DNA of 64,000 bases, from NCBI RefSeq assembly GCF_018350175.1, contig NC_058368.1:138200001-138264000 (forward strand), read 5' to 3'. A program made the position numbers and the translations under genes. The notes beneath the pieces are model-generated. The model saw only the letters and a program-made list of their open reading frames with translations. It was not told the DNA's origin and did no database searches. Positions within the stretch are counted from its first letter, which is position 1; each line of letters begins with the position of its first letter. Below, one piece after another: positions 13,424 through 26,260 of the stretch. The DNA is from Felis catus (lineage: Eukaryota).

Positions 13424-14481
13424 TGACATGGTAATTCTTGAATATGTTGCTTCATGTAGAAATGTGCTTTCCTGTCCTAAATGTTCTGGATATTTTCTTC
13501 TTACACTATATGTGGATATTGTCATAATACAAGTAATGTCATCCTGATGGATTTCTAGGGTATACCCAGTTTTTCCCCTTAGTACGGTGATAAAAAAGCT
13601 TTTGAAAGGGCATGCAGGTTTTTTACTCAAATAAGTCAAGGTAATTAAGGTAGGTAAGAAATAAAAAGTACTCTTATGTATAAAATAAGATGGCTTTAGG
13701 AAATGGTGGCCTCCTAGAATTCTAATTTATGGTAACAGTGTTTGTCCCATGCTCCCAGTTGATGTCTGTTTTATAGGAAATCAATTTTATGGGCTCTGTT
13801 TATTCACAATGCAGAAGTAGAGAGAAAAATTGTAATTCAAACGTCTGGCTGGCTCCACTCACGATGCCATGTCCCTGAGTGTGACACTGCCGATGTGAAT
13901 GTCCTGTGCCCGCTGTCCTTCTCAGAGCACATCTTGAGCCCATGGATAGGAGCTGTGCTTTGAAAGATCCTTATTTTCTGTATAGCATGGCCTCCCGGTA
14001 AGAGCCGAGCGTTTCACTTGGTGCATAACCAGAGTCACAATGTTCTCCAACAAAGAACTGCTTGTGTTGAACGCCAACAGATGACACAGTGCCTTCTAAA
14101 GGATTTTGAGGAAGATTCTGACCATCCCAGGCTCCATTACATTGCCTCTTCTGGCTGAAGTGAGCCAGGGTAGGCTTGTCCTGACATTAGGGGTTTTTGC
14201 CTCCAGCTCTTTGTGTTTTTTAATGATTTTCCCCCAGAATGCTGTGTAGCAGTGTTAGAAACTGTGGTCTCTGGTTGTTAGACAATGGAGCATAATAGGA
14301 AAAAAAAAATCTTCCTTCTCTTTCAGTCTTGGTATGATTGTCTGGGAACTTCTTTGCACATTAGCGCGTCTCACCTTAAGAGTCTAAATGCTTTGCTGGC
14401 TGAGCTAGCCAGGTACGCTGGCAGGTCTCAGTTTAGAAAAAGCTATCACTCCGGAGGTAAACATAAGAATACTTCAGTATC

Positions 14482-14710
14482 GGGGCGCCTGGGTGGCGCA
14501 GTCGGTTAAGCGTCCGACTTCAGCCAGGTCACGATCTCGCGGTCCGGGAGTTCGAGCCCCGCGTCGGGCTCTGGGCTGATGGCTCAGAGCCTGGAGCCTG
14601 TTTCCGATTCTGTGTCTCCCTCTCTCTCTGCCCCTCCCCCGTTCATGCTCTGTCTCTCTCTGTCCCAAAAATAAATAAACGTTGGAAAAAAAAAATTAAA
14701 AAAAAAAAAA
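14482..14710 (+). mobile_element. Young SINEC_Fc
   Basis: TSD aagaatacttcagt(a/g)tc. Confidence 0.95.
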
Positions 14711-15015
14711 AAGAATACTTCAGTGTCTATAATGTAGAAGAGAAATACAGCGAAAGGGAAACTTTATTTAATATTTAAGAGAACGTAATGAAAACTTAAG
14801 TTCTTTACTATTGCCCCATTTGATTCTCACAACTCTTTGTAGTATGGACGTTATGACCTCCTTTTATATGAAACAAGTGAGGGTCGGAAAGTAACTTGGT
14901 TAGGGTTGCTAAATAAGTGACAGAGCCACTGTCTAAGCCTAGATACATAATGGCTCCCCAAACCCAGGGTTTTTTCTTTTTAGCATCTGACTGCTTAAGA
15001 ATATGAGTATGACAC

Positions 15016-15240
15016 GGGGCGCCTGGGTGGCTCACTCGGTTAAGCGTCCCACTTTGGCTCAGGTCATGATCTCGCGGTCCGTGAGTTTGAGCCCCGCGTC
15101 AGGCTCTGTGATGACAGCCCAGGGCCTGGATCCTGTTTCGGATTCTGTGTCTCCCTCTCTCTCTGCCCCTCCCATGCTCATGCTCTGTCTCTATTTCTCA
15201 ATAATAAATAAACAAAAAAAATAAAAAAAATTAAAAAAAA
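15016..15240 (+). mobile_element. Felid Can-SINE (SINEC_Fc2-like)
   Basis: Imperfect TSD aagaatatgagtatgacac / aagaaaatgggtatgacac. Confidence 0.92.
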
Positions 15241-15521
15241 GAAAATGGGTATGACACAGCTCTCGCACTCCAGGAATTTTGGGACTTATTGGAGGATGAG
15301 AAAATTGTACAAATATTATAATTCAAATCAAAATATAAATACCCTCTGAGGAAGATTAATTTTACCAAGATTGAAAGGTAGGTGGCATGCCGTCATGACA
15401 CGAGGAGAATTGAGGGAAGCTTCCCTTCTATGTGGGTCTTGCAGAGAGCCGAAACTTCAGCAGCATCTGCCCTGCATGTTTGTCACCCAGTGGAGGTAAT
15501 TTTCTAAACAAAGGATTTTCT

Positions 15522-15758
15522 TTTTTGAATTTAAAAAAAATTTTTTTTTCCCAACGTTTTTATTTTTATTTTTGGGACAGAGAGAGACAGAGCATGAATG
15601 GGGGAGGGGCAGAGAGAGAAGGAGACAAAGAATCGGAAGCAGGCTCCCGGCTCTGAGCCATCAGCCCAGAGCCTCACGCGGGGCTCGAACTCATGGACCG
15701 CGAGATCGTGACCTGGCTGAAGTCAGACGCTTAACCGACTGTGCCACCCAGGCGCCCC
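15522..15758 (-). mobile_element. Young SINEC_Fc
   Basis: TSD taaacaaaggattttct. Confidence 0.95.
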
Positions 15759-16194
15759 TAAACAAAGGATTTTCTAATTACAGGAGGCACAGTAAGGCTG
15801 ATGAAATCATTCACACCCTGGCATCATAATAGTTGTATGATAGCGGGAGAGAAAGTGGCCCTTGGGGGACCTACCATTGAATTCCTCCAACTGCAGTTGG
15901 AATCAGCCAGAGAAAGCAAAGAATTTAAGCCGTTGAATGTGAACGAGATATAAATAACATCTTGAATTGATTTAAATGCAGTCATATTGGTATAACAGGG
16001 GACAAAGTTGAGTACTCCAGCAAACATGATAAATGACCCACATTTGGGAGAAGTTCTTTGGTGAGCAAGAAAATGAACTGGCCTAAAAATAGAGGGAAGC
16101 AAACAATATTTTCTCTTTCATTTTATGTGTTAACTCAATGTTATATAGCTGGTCAGTGGCAGTAATTTCATTCTTTAAAAATATTGGTGCATCA

Positions 16195-16415
16195 GGGGCG
16201 CCTGGGTGGCGCAGTCGGTTAAGCGTCTGACTTCAGCCAGGTCACGATCTCGCGGTCCGTGAGTTCGAGCCCCGCGTCAGGCTCTGGGCCGATGGCTCAG
16301 AGCCTGGAGCCTGTTTACGATTCTGTGTCTCCCTCTCTCTCTGCCCCTCCCCCATTCATGCTCTGTCTCTCTCTGTCCCAAAAATAAATAAAAGTTGAAA
16401 AAAAAATTAATAAAA
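16195..16415 (+). mobile_element. Young SINEC_Fc
   Basis: TSD aaaaatattggtgcatca. Confidence 0.95.
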
Positions 16416-17059
16416 AAAAATATTGGTGCATCAAATAAGAATAGAAAATATTGTTAGGCTTCTCACATGTATTTTTTGGGTAGTTCTATTTTATTGTCAG
16501 AATAATTTTCATATCAATAATCAAGTGATATGTAATTGGTCACCAAGGACTGTGCTTTGGGGAAAACTAGATTAAGAATGATCTACTTGGCATCTCAGCT
16601 ACTAGAAATGTGTTTTACAAAGACTTTATCATATTTCTCTTGGGATTGTCCTGACTTTCTTCTTATCTGTCACCGATGGTCAAGAAGGGAGCAGCTCTAG
16701 TAGTTTGTTGACCTGGGATTGATCCTGGTTAAGTGGCTCTAAAACTTAACCACGCATGGCAAATGAGAAAGATAATATTATCTCCTGGTCCAACACTTGC
16801 ATTTCAGTTTGACGATTGTCTAGACAGGTGGACGTTCCCTTTCTTTGGTCTGCAGACCTCTCTGAGGCATCCAAGGATCTATGTACATCCGAAGTATTGC
16901 CCGGAACCTTGGAGAACAGTGGGCTTTGTCCAGTCACCAGTACTGTTGTTTTATTTTGTCAAATAAAGATACTATTGTGATGAGTAAAACACAACGATAC
17001 TTTAAAACACTTAACAAAAAGCTACAGGAAGTCTTGTGAAGCTACCTATTTTCTGTGGC

Positions 17060-17204
17060 GTAGGGAATATGGTCAATGGTACTATAATAGCCTTGTATGG
17101 TAACTACAGATGGTAGACCTACTGAGCATAACAAGAGTGTTCATTCAGTCTTCTACACCTGAAACTAATATAACATTGTGTATCACCTACAGCTGATTAA
17201 AAAA
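17060..17204 (+). mobile_element. L1 extreme 3' end fragment
   Basis: tagggaatatggtcaat...acacctgaaactaatataacattgtg + A tail. Confidence 0.7.
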
Positions 17205-17205
17205 G

Positions 17206-17420
17206 TTTTTTTTTTCCCAACGTTTATTTATTTTGGGGACAGAGAGAGACAGAGCATGAACTGGAGAGGGGCAGAGAGAGAGGGAGACACAGAATCGGAA
17301 ACAGGCTCCAGGCTCTGAGCCATCAGCCCAGAGCCCGACGCGGGGCTCGAACTCACGGACCGCGAGATCGTGACCTGGCTGAAGTCGGACGCTTAACCGA
17401 CTGCGCCACCCAGGCGCCCC
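17206..17420 (-). mobile_element. Young SINEC_Fc
   Basis: Near-consensus body ending caggcgcccc, inserted in an L1 A-tail. Confidence 0.95.
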
Positions 17421-18143
17421 CCAAAAAATTTTTAATACATATTTCCAATCAGGATATTAAACATACTACAGAATGACATGTAAAGCTTCTCCATCCACAG
17501 GTTAAGTAAGTGTACATCATTCATTCATCATATGCCCACAGTGTCCCTGCCACGTTTCGAAGCTTTAAAACTTAGAGAATGAATAGAAACACTCACCTTC
17601 AAGATTTTATTTTCTTGCTCAAGATCCATGTGGACTAAAACTCTCTTACCTGGTACAAGGCTTGAGAATAATTTATTCTTAGAATTGCACCTAGCTAATT
17701 AAGAGAAGTATTTTTCAAATAAAAGGCCACGAAGTAAAACATGTATTAATGTTTATTTTGACTCCGTTGTAATGCTTACAACTGTCTCCTAGTTGCATTT
17801 GGTTATATTTGTATGTGGTATTTACGTAGCAAACCATCTAAAAACACAACCGCGATTCATGTAATTCTAATTTTGATTTGAATTGGAAATTAAGTGGTTT
17901 CTCCCCTTGATCCGGTTCCATCTGGCCCTCTCACCTACTCCCCACCCAATCAGACGGGATTAGCTATTATGGAGCAGATTACGCATCTCTTTCTGACAGC
18001 GTGGCATGATCAAGTCAACAATTTGGGAAGTAATTGTGGTGAAAAGGAATATTAAGTACGACACCTGTTGCTATGCTTCAGATCTGCAGAGTCACGCAGG
18101 CCTTCATATCGTTTCCACAGTCTTAGTTTATTTGGGTGGCAGA

Positions 18144-18151
18144 TGACGTCA
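18144..18151. promoter_or_regulatory. Perfect palindromic CRE (TGACGTCA)
   Basis: Exact motif with intact CpG, ~1.15 kb upstream of the alternative ATG. Function untested. Confidence 0.35.
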
Positions 18152-18899
18152 CAAAAGAAAACACACCGTTTCCTGCTATCAATAATACAAAATAAATGCT
18201 TGGAAGAGGCTCCCCTCTGAGACTTGGCGTGTGTTTTTTTTTTCTGCCACAGCTCTTGGCTGCTTTGCTTGAACTTCTGTGGGTCCCATGTATCGGTGTG
18301 CTTGTGGAGAGCAGGGAAGTGACTTTGCGTAGTGTTCGGTTTAGGTGGAGGTGGTGATGGGCTTGTACTGAATGCTAATTACCAGAGGCTCGTTAAGCGG
18401 AACCTGTAGGAACTCTTGGTTTGTGGTAACTTAGTCACTAGCTCTGTTGAGAGGGACTGTAGGATTAGAGCCAAGCTCTAAAGGTACCCCAATCCTTAAG
18501 ATTGAAGCCAAACTTAGTGGCAGCTGAAGAATGCCCCAATTGTGCTGAACACTAGTAGAGGACTTTGCATGTATTTAATGAGTAGAATTATCTGTAACAG
18601 TAAAAGCTTCCAGCTACTTTAGCATTAAAAGTGCAGGGAGACTAGATTGTTAAATGAATTATCAGAGTTGCTTCGGCCCTCGAATCTGAAAATCTGCCAA
18701 CACTGTCAATGCTATGAAGGAACAGACTGCTCTGGAAAACTCCTCGCCTTGAGTGTGATGGCTTTTATTTGCCTGTGTACTGAGCTCTCTGGCTGTCCAC
18801 ACTTGTAAACCTCAACCTTTACATCGCTGTGCAGGGTGGCTTTTCTGTAAACGATCCTCCAGCTCCAGAACAGAACAAGTGCCTTTGGAGGCTTTTCTT

Positions 18900-19292
18900 G
18901 AAGCGCAGGCCGCTCTCTTTGAATTCAGTTACCTTTCTTCTTAATTTCCATTTCCAGCCACAAGAAGAGGGGAGTTAATGATTCATTTGCTCCCAGTGAC
19001 CTTTTGAATAACTGGACTGTGATGTACCAGGACAACCCTTAGCTGCCTCTCTCTCCTTTTTCACTTCCTTCGTTTGGCTTTAATATTTACAGCCTCCTTC
19101 TCAGTCTACACGCCTGGACGCCTGAAGGAAGCCAAACGTTTATTGCCTCTCCCTCCCCGTGTTCGGGAGCTTTTCACCCAGCCCCATTCCTTCCTTTGAC
19201 ATCACACGGTAGACTCGCCTCCTGGCGGGGGACGCCCACAGTTCTTCCCGAGTCTCTCCTGTTGAATCTGTTGATTTAAGCAAAACAAAAAG
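18900..19292 (+). promoter_or_regulatory. Putative internal promoter / 5'UTR of the short isoform
   Basis: No recognisable repeats, retains CpGs, lies directly 5' of ATG 19293. GC-box GGCGGGG near 19224. The TSS cannot be located from sequence. Confidence 0.5.
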
Positions 19293-19377
19293 ATGGATTC
19301 GGACTCGGACTCCCCCTTTAACTACTCATGGCCTTCCTTCCCCAAAATGAAGATTCGGCGGAGGGCGTCCAAGCAAG
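19293..19377 (+). CDS. ARHGEF28: Alternative first coding exon of a short ARHGEF28 isoform, MDSDSDSPFNYSWPSFPKMKIRRRASKQ+G
   Basis: Strong Kozak aagATGG, in-frame upstream TGA at 19272-19274, donor AAG|gtagat in phase 1 matching the acceptor at 41299. Matches my recollection of an alternative human N-terminus. Confidence 0.8.
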
Positions 19378-20491
19378 GTAGATCCCGGAATCTTTTATTT
19401 CCCTCAGAGCCAAGCCAGGGGTTTTCGTGTTCTTACCTTTCTTTTCCTCATTGCTTTGCCAGACTGTTGTCTGATGAACTGCGAGTTTATACATGTCTTT
19501 ATAAAACTCTAACTCTCAAAATACTTTGCAGATCGGCTTCTGAGGTAAACCTGCTGGTTCTTAGATTCCTTTCACTTTGACTCTGCCTTTGTGCTGAATT
19601 ATGCGCATGTACTTCTCTTTTTTTAAAAAAAGTGCGTGGGGGGAGTTTAGTACAAGGTAAATGTTTCAGACTCACTTTATCGGAGTTACCTTGGAGTTAC
19701 CTTGATAACGGAGAGTCCTGTTGACTTAAAGAACTGTGTACATATTCAGTATCCAGTTTCTGCTTCTTTGGTGTTTGTTTTCAAGTGGGTGGTTTTTTTG
19801 TTTGTGTTTGTTTTTAATTCTTTACCTAAGAAAAGTGTTCCATTTTATACTGTTGATTTGATAGTCGTTCTAAGAAAGGGATTTTAAGGAAGCGGTTGAA
19901 ACAAGAAAGGCTGTGTATCTCCAGGGGATATAGTCCTACATTAAAAAGTTTATTAGTAATTACCAAGAGTACAAAACGCTTTACTGTCGGAGGAAAAGTC
20001 ATTTATTTGTAGCATGATTAATAACGCAGTCAGTTTATACCACTTATTCCCCCTTGCAACTCATTCTTACCGTACAGTCCTTGGAAATCAAGGGACAAGT
20101 TAGTGTTAGGGTGCAGTGAGGTATCCTGAGTATTTACTGCACCATCCCCGGCCCTCAGCAGGTGGCAATTGTTGTTTTCTGAGGTTTACCAGAGCAGGAA
20201 AGGTAGTCCTGCGTTCTGCCCCTTATCTTATGTGGGGAGTTATGTGGTTATGTTTTTAATTCAAGGACAAGGGAACATTTTCATGAGCTTGAAGGCAGAA
20301 GAGATGTTTCTGAAAGTGGACTGTCCCTGTAGCATTGTTAGGGAGCAGAATTCTGTATTCTCTAGAACAGGATGACCTACGGAATCACCCTGGGCAAATT
20401 TTTGCTGAGAAAAATGGAGGCTGGCAGTTGTCAACATAGCTGGTTTGCCTCAAGGACCTTTTTCCTTCTAAAATAAAATAGAAGGGTGATA

Positions 20492-20493
<2 letters not shown>

Positions 20494-20522
<29 letters not shown>
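20494..20522. repeat. (GT)n microsatellite
   Basis: Seen directly. Confidence 0.95.
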
Positions 20523-20525
<3 letters not shown>

Positions 20526-20677
20526 CTTTCTCTTTGGCTGGGGTCAAGGCCACCCCCAGGATTAACATTGGTTAGACATCCAGGGGTGGTAGAAAGCCTC
20601 AACCTTAACAAAGTCCCCTTACGGTTCTGCTACCATCCTTGAAAATCTCGTACTGGCGACTTAAAAACTGTTGTACA

Positions 20678-20895
20678 GGGGTGCCTGGGTGGCTTAGTCG
20701 GTTAAGCGGCCGACTTCGGCTCAGATCATGATCTCGCGGTCCGTGAGTTCGAGCCCCGCGTCGGGCCCTGTGCTGACAGCTCAGAGCCTGGAGCCTGTTT
20801 CAGATTCTGTGTCTCCCTCTCTCTGACCCTCCCCTGTTCATGCTCTGTCTCTCTCTGTCTCAAAAATAAATAAACGTTAAATTAAAAAAAAAAAA
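20678..20895 (+). mobile_element. Felid Can-SINE
   Basis: TSD aaaaact(g/a)ttgtaca. Confidence 0.95.
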
Positions 20896-21175
20896 ACTAT
20901 TGTACAACATTCCACTTTTCTGTTTGAGTTTTGAAACTTAATTTCTTCTTTGGGGCAAGGGACCATGATAAATGCAACTTACCATTAAATCGTTCAGGAG
21001 GAAAAATTTTACCTAAGAGAGACCACAAGCATGTGCATGTAAAAGCAAGCTCAGACATATACAGAAAATGGAGTAAAATGTTAACAATAGGTAAATCTGG
21101 GTAACGATAATATAATGGTGTTCTTTGTGCTGTTTTTCTAACTTGTCTGGAAGTTTGAAATTACTCCCAAATAAT

Positions 21176-21393
21176 TAAAAAATGTTTTTAATGTTTATTT
21201 TTGAGAGTGACAGACACACAGACAGAGTGAGCTGGACAGGGGCAGAGAGACAGGGAGACACAGGATGTGAAGCAGGCTCCAGGCTCTGAGCTGTCAGCAC
21301 AGAGCCCGATGTGGGGCTCCAACTCACGAACTGTGAGATTATGACCTGAGCCGAAGTCGGATGCTTAACTGACTGAGCCACCCAAGCGCCCCC
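21176..21393 (-). mobile_element. Felid Can-SINE (Fc2-like), following an L1ME-type 3' end (~21000-21175)
   Basis: SINE body on the minus strand, flanks cc(a/g)aataatt. Confidence 0.9.
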
Positions 21394-21941
21394 CACCACC
21401 CCGAATAATTTTTTTATAAACTTCTAAATTACTTAAAGTGGGGAGATACACTATGTCATTAATTCTTTGGAGCGTTACTCTGGAATGGTGAGAACTGCTT
21501 GAAGGCAGGTTGCTGTTCTTTAGGATTATTAGATCTTTGTGCTCATTTAACCTCATTCCAGCTTGGGGAATAATCTTCGTATGTTTTTGTGCCTGGCAGA
21601 CTGAGTGGATGTCTGTGTTTCTGGGGACCTGCATAGCCTCACAACCGGGAGAGATGTGGGATTAACGATGAGGAGGCCGGTGGAGAAGTTTGTGAGTCCA
21701 CTGGGGACTCATGCTGCCCTTAGAAATCTAAAATTGGAACACAGCCAGTGTGAGGTACAGCAAAAAGTCACAACATAGCTGTGTTAAACTATATTAAACT
21801 CAGTTAAAGTGAAAGCTGGTACTTGGGATTCGAAAATCATAAACTATTTGCAGATAATAAATGACAAGTGGAAATAAAATTGATAGCAGAGAATCGTCTG
21901 TGTCTCCTGCTTGCTTTTTTCATTAAATGACGATGGCCGAC

Positions 21942-22158
21942 GGGCGCCTGGGTGGCTGAGTTGGTTAAGCATCCAACTCTTGATTTCAGTTCAGGTCATG
22001 ATCTCATGGTTTGTGAGATCAAGTACCCATGTCGGGCTCTGTGCTGTTAGTGCAGAGTCTGCTTGGGATTCTTTCTGTGCCTTTCCCCTGCTTGTGCATG
22101 TGTGCATGCTCTCTCTCTGTCTCTCTCTCTCTCTCTCTCTCAAAATAAATAAACTTAA
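21942..22158 (+). mobile_element. Older Can-SINE
   Basis: gggcgcctgggtggctgag head, (CT)n, aataaataaa. Degenerate TSD aaatga(c/t)ga(t/c)ggcc. Confidence 0.9.
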
Positions 22159-22741
22159 ATGATGACGGCCTAGTTGTGAAGAGTGGGTTTGGTCACACTG
22201 CAGTGTTGGCTCGACATAGTCCCAGAATCATATGCCTTAGAGGTGACCTGGTCTCCCTGCCTCGTTTTGTAGATGAGGGTTATGGGCCCAAAGAGGTGAA
22301 GTGATGGAGAATTATGTGTTCAACAGGCATTTCCAGAATAGCAGGCATTGTCGTAGAAGGTGGGGCAAAGTGGTGAACCCGACAGGTACTGTCCCTGCTT
22401 ACAGGGATCTTAGCACTAAGGATGGGTGGCACATCTCACAACACCTGGGCATGCTATGTCTGTATACTGGAAGAAACACCAGGAAACTGGATTTTTTTCA
22501 GCCCAGTGGCCTGTTTGTGCCAGAACTGTGGTCTCTGGTCTCTTGTAGGGTGACCTAATTATCATCGGTCTTTAAAACTAAGGTGGCTTGTATTTCTTGC
22601 TCTTTCTTCTAGTTATCACCGACATCATTCTTAGAAGCTAAGTTCTGGTCACTTGGGAAGTCAGGAAGGAGGTTTGGAGACCTGGGATTTCTGCCTTATT
22701 AGCAAACTTCTCATATTTTGTTGGTAATACTGTTGTTTTTG

Positions 22742-22960
22742 GTAAATATTTATTTTGAGATAGAGTGCACGGGCAGGGAAGGAGCAGAGAGAGAGAAAGA
22801 GAGAGAGAGGAGAGAGAGAGAGAAAGACCTAGAATGTGAAGCAAGCTCCAGGCTCTGAGGTGTCAGCACAAAGCCCAATGCAGGGCTTGAACTCATGAAC
22901 TGTGAGACCATGACCTGAGCCGAAGTTGGCTGCTTAACCAAGTGAGCCACCCAGGCACCC
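22742..22960 (-). mobile_element. Felid Can-SINE (Fc2-like)
   Basis: (GA)n, body, ends gagccacccaggcacccc. Confidence 0.9.
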
Positions 22961-23251
22961 CAGAAATAGTCTCTGATCCTATTTCTGATTTCTGATTTCT
23001 CTGTCCTGATCCCCCTAGTTAGTATTCTGTCTTTTAACACTCCATCTTGTCCTTATTATCACCATTCTCTCATAGACACACATACACATTCCTGGCTTGT
23101 TTAGAGAGCTGGGAAAATAGAGAAGGTTTGGTAAAAACAGGAAAGCGAGATGAGCAGAAACCCACCAATACCTACATCCACTAAAAAGTGAATATAGTGC
23201 TTTCTTCCCCTCATGCTGCCAGCATGGAAGAGAAAAGGACTAACTTAGAAG

Positions 23252-23309
23252 CACGTCTAGAAGGGAATGTGACGTCTAGAAATGGCCACGTCTAGAAGGG
23301 AATGTGACG
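23252..23309. repeat. Local tandem duplication, period 35 bp (cacgtctagaagggaatgtgacg x2)
   Basis: Exact 23-mer at 23252-23274 and 23287-23309. Confidence 0.9.
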
Positions 23310-25744
23310 ACGTAAGCAGAGGGTGAAAGCATTTAAAAAACAAAGCTGCCTCAGAAGTATCCTGGGATTCTTGAAAGTTGCCCCTTGTCATTTCATGGCC
23401 AGGACAGGCTGTACTGGGAGCCGTGTGGTTAATGATTGGGGTGGGCTAGAATCCTTGACCGTTCCGCTTCAGAGACTCGAGGAATGCCCGGACTCTTGTT
23501 TCGTTGGTTTCGGTAGGAGATTGAACCAAGGAAATTAATGTTTATAAATCAAAGGTGAAAAAAATCCAGGGATTGGACCTTACCTAAGTTAACCATAATT
23601 ATTCTTCAGTCTTTAAGATGTATTCTTTAATTCGCATCACCAGGGCCCAGAAAATGTTCAACTGTTCTTTGTGCGTTTCATCCACTTAGGCAACTTCTGT
23701 CACTCTCTCCTACTCCAGCTTATGTCCTGTGCCTCTCTAATTACACAAAGTATGAAAGAGGGCTTTTGCCCCCCTGTTTGCTCGTGAAAAACTGGTCTGT
23801 CGTTGCCAAAGGAGGCAGTGCCTATCAGAAAGCTTCACAACCTTGGAGAGCTTAGACAGTACCATGTTTTCTGTAGCTATAGTCAAAATAAGATTTGTGT
23901 GGCACTTAATTAATCATCATAGCCACTGTTAACTAAGCTGTGGTAGGCGCCCTACATTAAATGATACCTGATTCTCGAAATAACTCTGTAAGGTGGCTAC
24001 TACCTCTGGCTTCCAAGCGAGGAAACTGAAGCTCAGTGAGTTTTAAAGTGATTCTTGTGGCTGTGCTGGGAAGTGCAGTAACAGGGAACAGTAACCAATG
24101 GTGGAAAAAGGAAGGAGAGTGAATACACAAGTGAGGTCCAGATAAAGTGTTTTTCACGCGACTTAGTTTGTAAAAGATCTGTATGTTAAATAGGTGCAGT
24201 TATCTGCTTCATTTATTTGTTGGGGGCTGTGAGGCTCATAGTAGGGAAATGAGGGGTCCAAGATCAGAGCTAATAAGTGAAGAGCCAGTCCTACATCAAG
24301 GACACTGACTTGAGAGGTTTCGTTCCTCTCGGGTTGTTGCACCCCTCTTGGTGGAGGAGAACTTCCGTGAGTAGCTCCCTGCATTCAAAGGGTGCCATTT
24401 TGTCTCGCCATATTGGCTACTCCCTCTTCTGTGAATCATTGACTAGAAAGAGAAGTAGCAGTGAAAACCCGGGAGGAGCAAAGTGGTAGAGGGGTTTCTA
24501 CGTCTTCGTAGATCCGTTCCCTTATGCATATAGTAGTGCCACACATTGTCCTTTGGGTGGGAAGAGATGAACAGATGTGTGCCGCGCTGGGTGCTGGGCT
24601 GAGGAGAGAAAGAGGCAGGGTGCCTTGAGAAGAGGATGGGATGGGGGAGCTTCCAGTGTGTCCTGGAAAGTTCACAGGTTTGTCTCAGACAGAAAGATGA
24701 AGTTAGAGGGAGTGAGTTGGCTGGCAATGGAGACAGACTCATCCCAGCACTGTTTGGGCCTTTCCTGTGAGCTCATTGAGGAGGGCAGGTACATAGCCTG
24801 AAAAATAATCCCCTGATGCAGTGAGTATTCAAAGTACGATGACATTTCAACAGGTTGAAATGTAATTTTTAAAGGCAAATGACTTGTATATCATGGCCTT
24901 ACTCGTTCTGGTCCATGTTTTCCTTTCTTCCTTTCACGAAGTTTCTTTGAACATACGTGTAGACTTCCGTGTGCCTGTGTGTATTCAGTTCTGGAATTCC
25001 CCAAAAGGATGCCTGACCACCATCGGGGGAATAGGTCACCACAGAAATCCTTATTGAGGAAGAGAAACATTTTATTGAAGGTGACATAACCTGCTAAGAT
25101 TTTGTTGGTTCACAATGAAGATACTGTCTAACTGGAGAGCAGGGCGGTTTTAATTTCAGAGTCTGCTTGGAAACCTTGGTCGGCAGAGGAAAGGATGCCA
25201 GTTACGAGCCCCTTGCCAAACAACATAGGGAGCCTCATGGCTCCCTTTAGTTAAACAAATACTTGGCCACATATTTGAAACTGATTTTTTTTTTCTTTTT
25301 GGGGGGGGGGTGGTTTAAATTCTTGGGCGAGGTGATTTCTACACTAATCCCTGTAAGTGGAAGGGAGGAACTATTCCAATTTATTACCCCATGGTTAGGG
25401 ACTCCTCCCTACCTCTGAACTTTGGGGCAAGAACTAGTAGTTGTTTATTCAGATATATTAAGGCAGAAAGTGATAAATCCCATAGAAGTCAGGAAAAATT
25501 ACTGTTGAAGTTCAAGGCAAAGAGAGCAGTTCAAGCTGAGGGATGTTGGTTTGAAAGAGCTGTCATTTTAATAGCCTGTGGTGACCTGGTGGGGTTTTAA
25601 TAGGTAAGTGATCCCTCGAAAGGGGCAGAGTCAGACTACAAAGAATGTATTAAAGTGATGGGACATATCCCAGACTCATACACTGTTGACTCCTGGGGTT
25701 ATGGACATGAAGAGTGACGGCAAATGTTGCATTGGCCTAGATAA

Positions 25745-26260
25745 TTATTCTTGTCTGCCTACCATCCTCCTTCCCTTTGCTGAACATTCAGATTATTTCG
25801 AGGGTGGCCCCTCCACTGCTCTGGCCATAGGTCCAAATGATGCTGGCACCTTCTCATGTGACCTTGCCTTCTTCGATGCGGTGGGCTGGGCATCATCCCA
25901 CTCAGACTGAACCAATCATAGCGCCTCTCCTTGGTCATTGAGAGTCCCACTTTGGGATTCTTCAGATGGGGGTTAGGAGGGACATAGCGCCTTTCATGAG
26001 AGGCAGTGCTGGAAGGGGGGAGTAGAGGCCATTTGCTGGGAGAAAGCAGTCTGTGGTAGGAGGACACCCTGCAGACTAAGTGTAAAGAGAAAAGCAGTTG
26101 CGTGATAAGGTCCTGCTAGGTTCCAGGCCCTTGCTCACTTCTCTGAGGTCCTGTTGTGGCCCAGGTGCCTCCCTCTCAAGGCTTGGTTGTTAAATTCCCT
26201 TGGTTCTGTGACATGTCCTCACATGCTTTCAGTAAATCTTTTCTCTCCCTCTTTTATTTT
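25745..26260. mobile_element. Old ERVL/MaLR-type LTR relic
   Basis: ctgaaccaatcatagc...gccatttgctgg...gtaaatcttttctc are motifs typical of LTR16/MLT-class LTRs. Family uncertain. Confidence 0.4.
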
